Assembly (NCBI GenBank): GCA_965221165.1
Contig: CBDCRP010000002.1
Location: forward strand, 448,001 to 512,000
DNA length: 64,000 nt
Source: a bacterium
GTDB taxonomy: Bacteria > UBA8248
Direction: 5' to 3'
Positions 42,458 to 52,344 of this stretch are shown piece after piece; positions within the stretch are counted from its first letter, which is position 1, and the number at the start of each line of letters is the position of its first letter. Position numbers and translations under genes: made by a program. Below the pieces are notes generated by a model. That model was not told the DNA's origin. It saw nothing but the letters and a program-made list of their open reading frames with translations, and did no database searches.

Positions 42458-43861
42458 TCAGGATTTCTTCGGAGGAGCGTGGATTGCCTCGCCGTGGACG
42501 TCGAAAGCCGCTTCCATCACGGCTTCTGAGAGCGTGGGGTGGGCGTGCATGGTCCGCGCCAAGTCCGAGGCGGTGACATTGTGCTGCATGGCGACGGCGG
42601 CCTCGTGCACGATGTCGGCGGCGTGCGCGCCTACGATGTGAACGCCTAGAATGGCGTCATCCCCCGCGTCGGCGATTACTTTCACCTCCCCCTCGATGGC
42701 GCGTTCGGCCTGCGCCTTGCCCAGGGCGCGAACCGCGAACTTGCCCACGCGCACCACATGCCCCGCCTTGGTCGCCTCGTGCTCCGCCATGCCGACGACC
42801 CCGATTTCAGGATGCGTGAAGATGCCGGCCGGAATCGCACGGTAATCCATCCGAATGTCACCGCCCATGGCGTTTTCCGCCGCGGCGACCCCCTCGGCCG
42901 AGGCCACGTGCGCGAGCATGGGCTCGCCCACAACGTCGCCCGCCGCGTAGACGCCCGCCACGTTCGTCTCCATCATCTCGTTCACCTTGATCTCGCCGCG
43001 CGGACCAAGCTCGACGCCGATTCGCTCGAGCCCCAGCCCGTCTGTATTCATCGTCCGGCCCACGGAAACGAGTACGAGGTCGGCGCGTTCCTCCTCGTCT
43101 GAATCTTCGAAGCCGGCGGCCATTGCCCTGCCCTTGCGCGAGACGCTGGTGATCTTCTCACCCAGACGCACCTTGATTTTTTGTTTTCTGAGTTCGCGCG
43201 CCATGAGTTTCGAGACATCCTCATCCCCAAGCGGCAGGACGCGGTCGAGTAGTTCCACCATGGTGACTTCGGCACCCAGTTCTCTATACAGACAGGCGAA
43301 TTCACAGCCGATGACGCCCGCGCCGACGATGAGCACCCTCTTGGGCAGTTTATTCAGATGCACCGCTTGTTCCGAAGAAATGATTTTTTTTCCGTCGATG
43401 GGAAAAGCGGGAATCTGTGCGGGCCTTGAACCGGTGGCGATAATGATCTTATAGGCGGATATTATCTCGTGCTCCCCGCCTTTTCCGCGCACCGAAATTC
43501 TGCCCATATCGAGAATCTCGGCGTCGCCCGCCATGTGGTCTACTCCGTGGGCCTTGAACAGCCCGCCGATTCCCCTTACCAAGCCTGCGACTATCTTGTC
43601 CTTGCGCTCGACCATGGCGGCCAAGTCGGCGCGCACCTCGCCCGTGACCTCGATGCCATAGGCGTCCGCGTTCTTGATGTTCCTGTAAACTTCCGCAGCG
43701 GCGATGAGACTCTTGCTGGGTATGCAGCCCCAGTTCAGGCAGGTGCCGCCCAACTCGTCGCGCTCGATGACCACGCAGCTTCCCCCGCTCTGGGCCACGC
43801 GCACGCCCGCCACGTAGCCCGCCGGTCCGCCGCCGATCACCGCCACGTCATACGCCGCCAT
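42458..43861 (-). CDS. lpdA: Dihydrolipoamide dehydrogenase
   Basis: GGGPAGY, GGTCLNWGCIPSK, GAGVIG, HAHPTLSE. Confidence 0.95.
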   Translation of the reverse strand: MAAYDVAVIGGGPAGYVAGVRVAQSGGSCVVIERDELGGTCLNWGCIPSKSLIAAAEVYRNIKNADAYGIEVTGEVRADLAAMVERKDKIVAGLVRGIGGLFKAHGVDHMAGDAEILDMGRISVRGKGGEHEIISAYKIIIATGSRPAQIPAFPIDGKKIISSEQAVHLNKLPKRVLIVGAGVIGCEFACLYRELGAEVTMVELLDRVLPLGDEDVSKLMARELRKQKIKVRLGEKITSVSRKGRAMAAGFEDSDEEERADLVLVSVGRTMNTDGLGLERIGVELGPRGEIKVNEMMETNVAGVYAAGDVVGEPMLAHVASAEGVAAAENAMGGDIRMDYRAIPAGIFTHPEIGVVGMAEHEATKAGHVVRVGKFAVRALGKAQAERAIEGEVKVIADAGDDAILGVHIVGAHAADIVHEAAVAMQHNVTASDLARTMHAHPTLSEAVMEAAFDVHGEAIHAPPKKS

Positions 43862-43996
43862 GCTTCCTCCTTCGGGTAATCCGCTCCACGAACCGAAACC
43901 CAAGCCCATTAGACCAAGGTTCCACGCTCATGCCAAATGGGGGGCGGGATTCATACTAAAACCACACATAAACGGCCTTGACAAGGGGGACGAGAT

Positions 43997-44010
43997 ATTG
44001 TAGCTACAAT
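43997..44010. promoter_or_regulatory. Palindromic operator upstream of the antitoxin
   Basis: Perfect palindrome ATTGTAG|CTACAAT between TTGACA (43978) and the AGGAGG RBS. Confidence 0.55.
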
Positions 44011-44037
44011 GAGGCTACATAATAGGAGGGTACCAAA

Positions 44038-44295
44038 ATGCCGACGGATACGGTCGTGCGCGCCAGAATCGACAGCGAGACCAAAGCCCGCGCCACCGAG
44101 GCGCTGAACGCCATGGGCCTTTCCGTTTCCGATGCGATTCGCCTGCTCATGATGCGCGTGGCGGATGAGCGAAGGCTGCCCTTCGTCGTCCGCGCGCCGA
44201 CCCCCGCCACCCGCAAGGCGATGAAGGAACTCGATGAGGGCAAGGGCAAGCGCTTCGAGAGCGCCGAGGCGCTGTTCGAGGATTTGGGAGCCTGA
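44038..44295 (+). CDS. RelB/DinJ family antitoxin
   Basis: VRARIDSETK, MGLSVSDAIRLLM, LPF, FESAEALFEDL. Confidence 0.9.
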   Translation: MPTDTVVRARIDSETKARATEALNAMGLSVSDAIRLLMMRVADERRLPFVVRAPTPATRKAMKELDEGKGKRFESAEALFEDLGA

Positions 44296-44425
44296 CTGAA
44301 CACATACTTCCACTCCACTCCATTCAAGAAATGAATCCTCAGTGAGACCGATTACGCTTTACGATTGACAGCAAGATACGTCATTGTATGGCCGCATCGC
44401 TGGAGTTTCGGGAAGGAGAATCTGA

Positions 44426-45793
44426 ATGCCGTGCGCAGGGATAAATGTAAAATCGGGTGAATCAATTACCATGATCCCTTGTCAGTTTTCGTTCGAATAT
44501 CCAGAAGATGAGTTGATGGAAGTGGACGGCAAACTATTGTGCCACTTCCACGCACCGCTTGAAGATAAGAGCGGCAACCTCACGGATAAGGGGGAATGGA
44601 CGCATCATGAAATAAATGGATTCAATCAGAAAATCCTTACCTTTCAAACAAATACCTTAAAAGCACAAGGAATGCTGAATTTAAGTGGCGTTGTTTTCCC
44701 CGGTGAGGCACGTTTTCAAGAGAGAGAATTTCCTGAAGTTAATTTTTCTCATGCACAATTCAATGGGCATGCCTATTTCTTTTATGCAAAATTCAAAGGG
44801 CATGCAAATTTCTCATTTGCACAATTCAAAGGACAGGCTTCTTTCAACAATGCAAAATTTAAGGGAGGCTACACATTCTTCCTGAATTCGAAGTTTGAAG
44901 AAAATGCCGAATTCGAGACCGCCATTTTCAGCGGCATGGACGTATCCTTTAACAATGTGAAATTCAAAAAGACTGTTAGCTTTCAACATTCTATATTCAG
45001 CAGCGAATCCGCTAAATTTCGAGATGTCGAATTTCACGATTTAACTATTTTCCAAAATGCTCGGTTTGAAGGGCGCGCTGACTTCAGAACGATGGGAAAC
45101 AACAGTGATTTGGATGCATTTCATGACGTTGTTAATTTTGAAGGCGTGGAATTTTTCGACTACGCCATTTTTGAGAATCGAAATTTTCGAAAAAGAACTA
45201 TCTTCAAAAATTGCACCTTTCATAAAGCGCCCCACTTTCATGGCTGTCGCTTCCATCAAGATACAAATTTCACGGATGCCAGATTTTTAGATAACCAAGG
45301 AGATGAAGCAGCCAGGGCATACCGAACGCTGAAACTGGACATGGAACAAAAAAGGGCGCGACAGGAGCAGTTGAGGTTTTACGCCCTGGAGATGAAAAGC
45401 AGGCGCAGTGAAGAAAAAAGGAAATTCTTGAAGTTCATCTCCTGGCTGTATGAAGCAACTTCCGATTACGGCCAGAGGATTTTTTTGCCGCTGGCGTGGC
45501 TGGTGTATTCCTTCCTGGTCTTCGCTTTTTTCTACGCGGCGTATTTCAAGGGACTGACGGATTTGGATGCGGCGAGTATTCTGCCGCGGTCTCTACATTT
45601 CAGCATCAAGCAAATCGTCCGCCCGTTCGGCGTATTCGGCTCTTTATCAAATTCCGGTATTTGGGGGAAAATTCCACCTTCAAGTCTCCTATCCCTGCCC
45701 CTCATTATCGCGGCCACGCTTCAATCGTTCCTGAGTCTCGCCCTACTGCTCCTGAGCGGCCTCGCGGCGCGCTGGCGCTTCAAGATCGGGTGA
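44426..45793 (+). CDS. Pentapeptide-repeat protein with C-terminal membrane domain
   Basis: Repeated A-x-F-x-x-A-x-F units, then TSDYG and hydrophobic helices; AT-rich 5' part. Confidence 0.75.
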   Translation: MPCAGINVKSGESITMIPCQFSFEYPEDELMEVDGKLLCHFHAPLEDKSGNLTDKGEWTHHEINGFNQKILTFQTNTLKAQGMLNLSGVVFPGEARFQEREFPEVNFSHAQFNGHAYFFYAKFKGHANFSFAQFKGQASFNNAKFKGGYTFFLNSKFEENAEFETAIFSGMDVSFNNVKFKKTVSFQHSIFSSESAKFRDVEFHDLTIFQNARFEGRADFRTMGNNSDLDAFHDVVNFEGVEFFDYAIFENRNFRKRTIFKNCTFHKAPHFHGCRFHQDTNFTDARFLDNQGDEAARAYRTLKLDMEQKRARQEQLRFYALEMKSRRSEEKRKFLKFISWLYEATSDYGQRIFLPLAWLVYSFLVFAFFYAAYFKGLTDLDAASILPRSLHFSIKQIVRPFGVFGSLSNSGIWGKIPPSSLLSLPLIIAATLQSFLSLALLLLSGLAARWRFKIG

Positions 45794-46061
45794 GGGAAAT
45801 AGGGCCGATGCGCAACCGCTTACTTCACCCGAGCGCCCGAGCAATCCAGCGCGTGCCTATCGGGTCGACCACCGAATTTTCTCCCGCGGGAACTATGCAT
45901 TTCCCCGTATCACCATCTGGTCGTGATGGGACGAAATCAACAGGATAAATCCGGATCTTAGAGCGGCGAAATCAGGTCTATAATTTCTGAAAATAAGTGA
46001 AAAATAGTAAAAAATAAGACAAATATCTGAAAAATTCTGAAAATTTATCGCACGCGGGTGG

Positions 46062-46126
46062 TTATCCACATAAATACACAATATTTGGGGATACCGTGTG
46101 GGTAAGTTCATATATTTTGTGGATAT
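46062..46126. promoter_or_regulatory. Cluster of DnaA boxes
   Basis: TTATCCACA at 46062-46070 (perfect); TGTGGGTAA at 46097-46105 and TGTGGATAT at 46118-46126 (one mismatch each, reverse orientation). Confidence 0.6.
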
Positions 46127-46207
46127 CGATTTTTTTTATATTGACAGAGGGGAACAAAGCATACTACATTTAGTGTTACGAGTTGGTTTCGTCATACTAA
46201 ATATGTC
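46077..46207 (+). promoter_or_regulatory. nrdJ sigma70 promoter with NrdR-box-like sites
   Basis: TTGACA at 46141, 18 nt, TACATT. NrdR-like ACACAATATTTGGG (46077), ATACTACATTTAGTGT (46161, overlapping the -10) and ATACTAAATATGT (46194). Confidence 0.65.
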
Positions 46208-46246
46208 CCCGACATAGCGGGGCGCCTTTAGCGGAGGAGACAGGGA

Positions 46247-49200
46247 GTGGAGTTTACGAGGCGTTTTACCCGGGCCGGAGATGAGGCGTATAGCGACATT
46301 CGTTTCGCGCCGCGCACCTCACGCATCACCAACCCGGACGGCTCGGTCGTCTTCGAAGCCAAGGATATCATGGCGCCGGAGAACTGGTCCCAGGTGGCCG
46401 TCGACATTCTGGCGCAAAAATACTTCCGAAAAGCTGGCGTTCCCGCGCATTCGAAAAAGATTCACGAAGAAGGAGTGCCCGAGTGGCTGCAGCGCTCGGA
46501 GCCAGACACGGAGAAACTCGAACCCTTGCCCGAAGCCGAGCGATTCGGAAGCGAGCGAGACGCCCGGGACGTTTTCCATCGCATGGCGGGATGCTGGACG
46601 TACTGGGGCTGGAAACACGGTTACTTTCATACAGAGGACAACGCCAAGGCGTTTTATGAGGAGCTTTTATACATACTTGCGAGCCAGATGGCTGCTCCCA
46701 ACTCGCCGCAGTGGTTCAATACGGGCCTGCACTGGGCCTACGGCATTACACGCCCTGCCCAGGGCCACTTCTATTGCGATCCCGAGACGGGGGAAATACT
46801 CCGCTCCGTGAATGCTTACGAGCGTCCCCAGCCACATGCGTGCTTCATACAATCGGTAAAAGATGATCTCGTCAACGAAGGCGGAATCATGGATTTATGG
46901 ACGCGCGAAGCGCGCATCTTCAAGTACGGCTCGGGAACCGGCACGAATTTCTCGAGCCTGAGAGCGGACGGAGAATCGCTATCGGGAGGTGGGAAAAGCT
47001 CCGGCCTCATGAGTTTCCTGAAGATTGGAGACCGCGCCGCGGGCGCCATCAAGTCAGGCGGCACGACGCGCCGGGCGGCGAAAATGGTTACACTCGACAT
47101 AGACCATCCCGACATCGAGGAATTCATCAACTGGAAGGTGAACGAAGAACAGAAAGTGGCCTCTCTGGTATCAGGCAGCAAGATGTGCAGCCGACATATG
47201 AACGCCATTCTCGGGGCTTGCTTGGAGGGGGAGAACCTGGGCTTGAATGGCAACTTTCATCAGCCGGATAAAAATCCATCACTCGCCAAAGCGATACGCG
47301 CCGCAAGGCTCGCCGGTGTTCCGGACAATTACATTCATCGAACCCTTCAACTCGCACGTCAAGACATCACCGAGGTCGAGTTCGAGGAATTCGACACGAA
47401 TTGGGAAGGCGAGGCCTACACTTCAGTGTCCGGGCAAAACTCGAACAATTCCATACGTGTTTCGGATGGATTCATGGAAGCCGTCGAGAAAAACACGGAC
47501 TGGAACCTGATTCGGCGTACCGATGGCGAAATCGCCGCCTCCGTCAATTCAAAAGAACTTTGGGAACAGATTGGATATGCGGCGTGGTGCTGTGCAGACC
47601 CCGGTCTTCAATTCGACACGACTATCAACGACTGGCATACATGCGCCGCCGATGGGCGCATCAATGGTTCCAATCCTTGCTCGGAATACATGTTCTTGGA
47701 TGACACCGCATGCAATCTGGCGTCCATGAACCTCATGAAATTCCTGGATATCGACAAGAATCATTTTCGGGTAGAAGACTATCGCCACGTTATTCGCCTA
47801 TTGACGGTTGTCCTCGAAATTTCAGTGCTTATGGCGCAATTCCCCAGTGAGGAAATAGCCAAACGCTCATATGAGTATCGAACCTTGGGACTTGGATACG
47901 CCAACCTGGGCACCGTGTTGATGGTTCTCGGCATCCCTTACGATTCGCCGGAAGCAGAAGCATGGTGCGGCGCTCTCACTTCCATCATGACGGGTTGCTC
48001 GTATGCCACCAGCGCCGAGATGGCGGGGGAACTGGGAGCTTTCGCAAGGTATCAGGATAATCAAGAACACATGTTGCGCGTTCTGAGAAACCATCGCCGC
48101 GCAGCTTATTCCGTGCCTGAAGCCGAATACGAAATGCTCTCTAAAGCGCCCAAAGGAATCGCTGCGGAAATCTGCCCGCATTACCTTCTTGATGCGGCGC
48201 GCGAAGCGTGGGATGACGCTTTAGCCATTGGCTATCGAAACGGTTACCGGAATGCGCAAACCACCGTTATCGCCCCGACAGGCACCATCGGTTTGGTCAT
48301 GGACTGCGACACAACGGGAATCGAACCGGATTTCGCTCTGGTGAAATTCAAAAAACTGGCCGGAGGCGGTTATTTCAAGATCATCAACCAGTCTGTTCCC
48401 GTTGCTCTGCGGCATATGGGCTATGCCGACGAGGAGGTTCGCGAAATCGTCGCTTACTGCCGAGGGCGAGGCACTCTCACGAATGCGCCTCACATCAATC
48501 CAGAGTCTTTGCACGCGAAAGGATTTACCGGTAAGGCTCTCGAAAAGGTGGAAGCCGCACTAGAAGGGGCATTTGAAATCCAGTTCGCCTTCAACAAATA
48601 CTCCCTCGGTGAAGATTTTTGTCGTGAGGAATTAGACCTCAGTGAAGCGCAGATGGCCGACTGGAATCTGAATCTGCTTGAAGCCATTGGTTTTACCCCA
48701 GAGCAAATAAGCGAAGCGAATGATTTCGTTTGCGGCAAAATGACGCTAGAAGGCGCACCTCACCTAAAAGAAGAACATTTGGCTGTTTTTGATTGTGCAA
48801 GCAAATGCGGGAAAGAAGGCAAGCGCTTCATCAGTCCCATGGCACACGTCCGGATGATGGCGGCGGCGCAGCCCTTCATATCGGGCGCCATCAGCAAGAC
48901 CATCAACATGCCCGCAGAATCCACGATCCAAGATATCTTAAGCATCTACCATGAATCGTGGCAGCGGATGACCAAAGCCATTGCAATTTACCGCGATGGT
49001 TCCAAACTGAGCCAGCCGCTTTCCGCGCAAAGCGAAGCGGAACTCTTCAATGACATCGGTGAAGAAGAAACAACTGCTGACCAAAGCGCTCCGGTTCGCG
49101 TCGCCCAGCAAATTGTGCGCCGGATTATTTACCAATCCAGAAGACGCAAGCTGCCCACCCGCCGTGGTGGCTACACGCAAAAAGCCGTCATCGGCGGACA

Positions 49201-49840
49201 CAAAGTCTATCTTAGAACCGGGGAATATGAAGACGGCTCCATCGGCGAAATTTTTATAGATATGCACAAAGAAGGCGCTGCCTTCAGAAGCCTCATGAAT
49301 TGTTTCGCCATCGCAATTTCGCTGGGTCTTCAGCACGGCGTACCATTGGATGAGTTCGTGGATGCTTTCCTCTTCACGCGTTTCGAGCCGGGCGGTATGG
49401 TCTCGGGCAACCCGCATATCAAGATGAGTACATCTATCATCGATTACATTTTCCGTGAGCTGGCCGTTTCATATCTCGGGCGCCACGACCTTGCACAAGT
49501 CGTGTCAGAAGACCTGAGAAGCGATACTATTGGGCGACCTCAAGAAGAGATTCCGGAGTTCGATACAGAAGAAGAGGAAGAGATTCGAACCATAATCCCA
49601 GGACCGGATGCAAGCGCACCACGCAGTGACCGAGTAAGTTTGAATTATGACAAAGAAACCTCTAGTGCCTCGATGGCACCTCTAACAAAAGCAAGTTCCG
49701 CTCTTGATTCCCGTATCGAAGAAGCCCGCGCTAAAGGATACGAGGGTGAAGCATGTGGTGATTGTGGTTTATTCACCTTGGTGAGAAACGGCACATGCCT
49801 GAAGTGCATGACTTGTGGCGCTACGAGCGGATGTTCTTAA
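46247..49840 (+). CDS. nrdJ: Class II adenosylcobalamin-dependent ribonucleotide reductase
   Basis: [49 protein letters not shown]-terminal CxxC...CxxCG. Confidence 0.96.
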   Translation: MEFTRRFTRAGDEAYSDIRFAPRTSRITNPDGSVVFEAKDIMAPENWSQVAVDILAQKYFRKAGVPAHSKKIHEEGVPEWLQRSEPDTEKLEPLPEAERFGSERDARDVFHRMAGCWTYWGWKHGYFHTEDNAKAFYEELLYILASQMAAPNSPQWFNTGLHWAYGITRPAQGHFYCDPETGEILRSVNAYERPQPHACFIQSVKDDLVNEGGIMDLWTREARIFKYGSGTGTNFSSLRADGESLSGGGKSSGLMSFLKIGDRAAGAIKSGGTTRRAAKMVTLDIDHPDIEEFINWKVNEEQKVASLVSGSKMCSRHMNAILGACLEGENLGLNGNFHQPDKNPSLAKAIRAARLAGVPDNYIHRTLQLARQDITEVEFEEFDTNWEGEAYTSVSGQNSNNSIRVSDGFMEAVEKNTDWNLIRRTDGEIAASVNSKELWEQIGYAAWCCADPGLQFDTTINDWHTCAADGRINGSNPCSEYMFLDDTACNLASMNLMKFLDIDKNHFRVEDYRHVIRLLTVVLEISVLMAQFPSEEIAKRSYEYRTLGLGYANLGTVLMVLGIPYDSPEAEAWCGALTSIMTGCSYATSAEMAGELGAFARYQDNQEHMLRVLRNHRRAAYSVPEAEYEMLSKAPKGIAAEICPHYLLDAAREAWDDALAIGYRNGYRNAQTTVIAPTGTIGLVMDCDTTGIEPDFALVKFKKLAGGGYFKIINQSVPVALRHMGYADEEVREIVAYCRGRGTLTNAPHINPESLHAKGFTGKALEKVEAALEGAFEIQFAFNKYSLGEDFCREELDLSEAQMADWNLNLLEAIGFTPEQISEANDFVCGKMTLEGAPHLKEEHLAVFDCASKCGKEGKRFISPMAHVRMMAAAQPFISGAISKTINMPAESTIQDILSIYHESWQRMTKAIAIYRDGSKLSQPLSAQSEAELFNDIGEEETTADQSAPVRVAQQIVRRIIYQSRRRKLPTRRGGYTQKAVIGGHKVYLRTGEYEDGSIGEIFIDMHKEGAAFRSLMNCFAIAISLGLQHGVPLDEFVDAFLFTRFEPGGMVSGNPHIKMSTSIIDYIFRELAVSYLGRHDLAQVVSEDLRSDTIGRPQEEIPEFDTEEEEEIRTIIPGPDASAPRSDRVSLNYDKETSSASMAPLTKASSALDSRIEEARAKGYEGEACGDCGLFTLVRNGTCLKCMTCGATSGCS

Positions 49841-49849
49841 AAATTACTA

Positions 49850-50150
49850 CCCGTCGTGGGGAAAACGGGCGGACTCTGCGACGGGACGAGAGTCGGGGGA
49901 GAATCCTCGGAGGGCTATCCCCCGACTCTCACCAAAATAGGGTTTCAGGAAATTTTCTTGTTGCGGGGGAAACGGGCGGACTCTGCAGCAAGACCGGGGG
50001 CCGGGGATAATACACCTCGGGGGTTGAGTTTCCGGCCCCCACTTAAATTCAATGGTGATTTTCTGCTGCGGGGGAAACGGGCGGACTCTGCGGCAGGCCG
50101 AGAGCCGATGGAGCCTCCTAGTGGGAGTCTTCATCGGCTCTCCCTTTTTC
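49850..50150 (+). ncRNA. Three tandem ~105-nt two-hairpin structured RNA-like units (unknown family)
   Basis: Core GGGGRAAACGGGCGGACTCTGC at 49858, 49965 and 50070, closed by different but complementary stems; a second long hairpin in each unit; G-U pairs favour the + strand; ends in a T-run. Confidence 0.7.
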
Positions 50151-50159
50151 GGTAGTGTC

Positions 50160-51035
50160 TCACTTTGAAATCTTCTTCTTGTAAGGGCCACGCGGACCCG
50201 GCTTCGGTTCCCGCGCTTCAATGAGTTCGAGTATCCAGTTCATATCGCGCAATTCAGAATCAAGGCCAGCGGCCATCGCTGGCGTAACCCGCAAACTTTT
50301 GTGGATGCGGCAAAAGTTATAGTGCACGAAATACAACGATAGCATGTGGATATGATTCTCAAGTTTCTTCGAGAAGCCATTCGTTAGACGAGTGAAACGG
50401 CGCATACACATTCTCATGGTGAGGTTTTGTCTTTCAGCGTAGCTGGTGGAGATATGCGCCGGATCGGCCATTCCGGTTACCATCGACATTCGAGTTCCAA
50501 TACATTCAGAAGGGCTGTATCTCCCATCCTTCTCTGATTGACCATATAGCTTCACTAGCATGGCGTAATCAACATCATCCCCAAAGGCATCTTCAACCGC
50601 GTCAAGATATGCCTTGTGGCCGTCTGTGGTCACCTGAACGCGGTTTGCGAGTCTTTCCTTTACATCGGCCATGAACTCATTCGCATAGCCGCTATCACGA
50701 CCGCCTACGAGATAAGAGACAATCAGTTTGCTATCGGCATCTAAAGCCGTCCACGTCCACACGTCACCCGCATCTTCCGGTGCGGCTTCGGCAGTCGCCA
50801 CGTTCTTTTGCTTCGCATAGACAAACGACCATATCTCATCGCACTGGATTCTCTTTGACTTCACATTGCGAACTTGGTGGTCGTGAAATTCTGCGCAAGC
50901 CTCTCCCGCTTTGATGAGCAGTTTCGTCACAGTGTTGATGGACGCGCCCGTTACGCGGGAGATTGCCCGCATGGACATTCCCTCGATAAGAAGGTTGAGT
51001 ATTTGGATTCTTTTATCTGTGTGTAATTTGTTCAT
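50160..51035 (-). CDS. IS1-family DDE transposase
   Basis: N-terminal HTH, QCDEIWSFV, TTDG, STSYAERQNLTMR, RFTRLTNGFSKK, TPAMAAG; stop codon lies inside the left IR. Confidence 0.92.
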   Translation of the reverse strand: MNKLHTDKRIQILNLLIEGMSMRAISRVTGASINTVTKLLIKAGEACAEFHDHQVRNVKSKRIQCDEIWSFVYAKQKNVATAEAAPEDAGDVWTWTALDADSKLIVSYLVGGRDSGYANEFMADVKERLANRVQVTTDGHKAYLDAVEDAFGDDVDYAMLVKLYGQSEKDGRYSPSECIGTRMSMVTGMADPAHISTSYAERQNLTMRMCMRRFTRLTNGFSKKLENHIHMLSLYFVHYNFCRIHKSLRVTPAMAAGLDSELRDMNWILELIEAREPKPGPRGPYKKKISK

Positions 51036-51080
51036 ACATATAATATATGAACTTTATTGCTTAGTGTCAAGTGCAAAGTG

Positions 51081-51344
51081 CTACTCTTTGGAAAAAACTT
51101 CCGAATTAAATGGAGTCAGGTTTTTCCATTTGCGGTCATCGCTTTTTAACCACTCTTCATCATAGTGGTAGACACGACTTTTGTGGTGCCCACATATTAT
51201 TTCTACCGCCGACGAATCGCCTGCTTCTAGCTTTTCTGCATTCTCTTCATCTGTGATGAAATATCCAGTCTCGTTCTCATCTAAAATCACTCCCACGAAA
51301 ACATCATCGAAAGCGCATCTGACGATTACCTTTTCTCCACGCAT
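51081..51344 (-). CDS. Hypothetical protein (IS passenger)
   Basis: 87-aa ORF with GGAG RBS; no recognised motif. Confidence 0.55.
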   Translation of the reverse strand: MRGEKVIVRCAFDDVFVGVILDENETGYFITDEENAEKLEAGDSSAVEIICGHHKSRVYHYDEEWLKSDDRKWKNLTPFNSEVFSKE

Positions 51345-51516
51345 CTCAAATCTCCATTTGGGCGAGGTTCAAACCTTGCCCATTCTACCAGTGCCACAAA
51401 GTAGATTCAAAAAAAGTCTAATTTTTACGATTTATGGTATTGACTCTATGGCACATACCGTTAATATCTATCAGATGTTAATGGTAATGGCACAACTCTA
51501 ATGTGAGGAATTTAAT

Positions 51517-52212
51517 ATGAGCGACGAAGCCGGATCCAAAACACCCGCCCCGCCATATTTGGCGTTCATTACTTTTCTGGGATTCATAGAGTCGATGGCG
51601 ACCATTGGTCTCCCGCATCAGATCGACAAGAGCATCATGAAAAATATGTCTGGCGCAAATCAAAATTGGACGCTTAGTTGCCTGAAATATCTCAAACTGA
51701 CCTCAGAAGGAAATAGGCCTACAGATAAATTCAAACAACTCGTTTCGGTGGATGGCGAAAACAGAAAAGAACTGATGAAGGATATCATAATCAACGCATA
51801 TCCTTTCATATTCAGCGCAGAAGGATTTGATATTAAGACCGCTACGGAAAAACTACTTAATGAGCAATTTGACAGTACAGGGGTGGTAGGCGATACGAAA
51901 AAAAAATCTGTCAGATTCTTCATGAATGCGGTGAAGCATGTAGGTATAGAAATTTCGCCTTATCTGGATCAAATGAAACTCCGAGCCAGGACACCCACAA
52001 AAAACAAAAAAACAAAACGTCCTCTAGGAACCAATGGAAATAACAAGACGAAAGATAAAGAGCCACAAGAGCCGCCAGAAAAGGAGAAAGACACATCCTC
52101 CGACAGTAATTTCAATCAATCTCTCCTAGACAAGATTCCTCCGTTCAATCCTGAATGGACTGAGGAAACTTTGATTAAGTGGCTGGATACAATTAGCAAA
52201 CTGAAAGGGTAA
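51517..52212 (+). CDS. DUF5343-like hypothetical protein (IS passenger)
   Basis: PPY...TF, P..IDKS, L.YL.L, PT..F..LV, AY, FF N-terminal domain; charged linker; KIPPFNPEW tail; GAGG RBS. Confidence 0.65.
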   Translation: MSDEAGSKTPAPPYLAFITFLGFIESMATIGLPHQIDKSIMKNMSGANQNWTLSCLKYLKLTSEGNRPTDKFKQLVSVDGENRKELMKDIIINAYPFIFSAEGFDIKTATEKLLNEQFDSTGVVGDTKKKSVRFFMNAVKHVGIEISPYLDQMKLRARTPTKNKKTKRPLGTNGNNKTKDKEPQEPPEKEKDTSSDSNFNQSLLDKIPPFNPEWTEETLIKWLDTISKLKG

Positions 52213-52217
52213 AAACA

Positions 52218-52246
52218 CCCCCTGATGGAGGTAAGCCATCAGGGGG
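52218..52246 (+). terminator. Hairpin after the DUF5343-like gene
   Basis: CCCCCTGATGG-AGGTAAG-CCATCAGGGGG with no T-tail; could allow read-through or processing. Confidence 0.5.
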
Positions 52247-52255
52247 GGATGAAAC

Positions 52256-52331
52256 GGCCCCGTCGCCAAGTGGTTAAGGCGCGCCTCTGGCAAGAGCGTA
52301 TACGCCGGTTCGATTCCGGTCGGGGCCTCCA
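52256..52331 (+). tRNA. tRNA-like gene: Cys-type body with GGC in the anticodon position
   Basis: GGCCCCG/CGGGGCC acceptor, U73, CCA; D arm GCC-AAGTGGTTAA-GGC; T arm GCCGG-TTCGATT-CCGGT; anticodon arm CGCCT-CTGGCAA-GAGCG. Confidence 0.75.
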
Positions 52332-52344
52332 AATGAGATTGAGT

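Noticed and set aside
45794-46246. Cobalamin riboswitch upstream of B12-dependent nrdJ
   Set aside because: No B12-box or conserved core recognised; the leader after the predicted promoter is only ~70 nt.
46247-49840. Intein or intron in nrdJ
   Set aside because: Continuous ORF with catalytic motifs in order; no intein splice or homing-endonuclease motifs seen.
49850-50150. CRISPR array reading of the three 22-nt repeats
   Set aside because: Only three copies, ~85-nt intervals that are themselves conserved hairpins, repeat flanks pair with each other, and no cas genes in the window.
49762-50221. ORFs 49762..50010, 49847..50221 and 49856..50155
   Set aside because: They are translations of the repeat/hairpin array or IS end, with no protein-like features.
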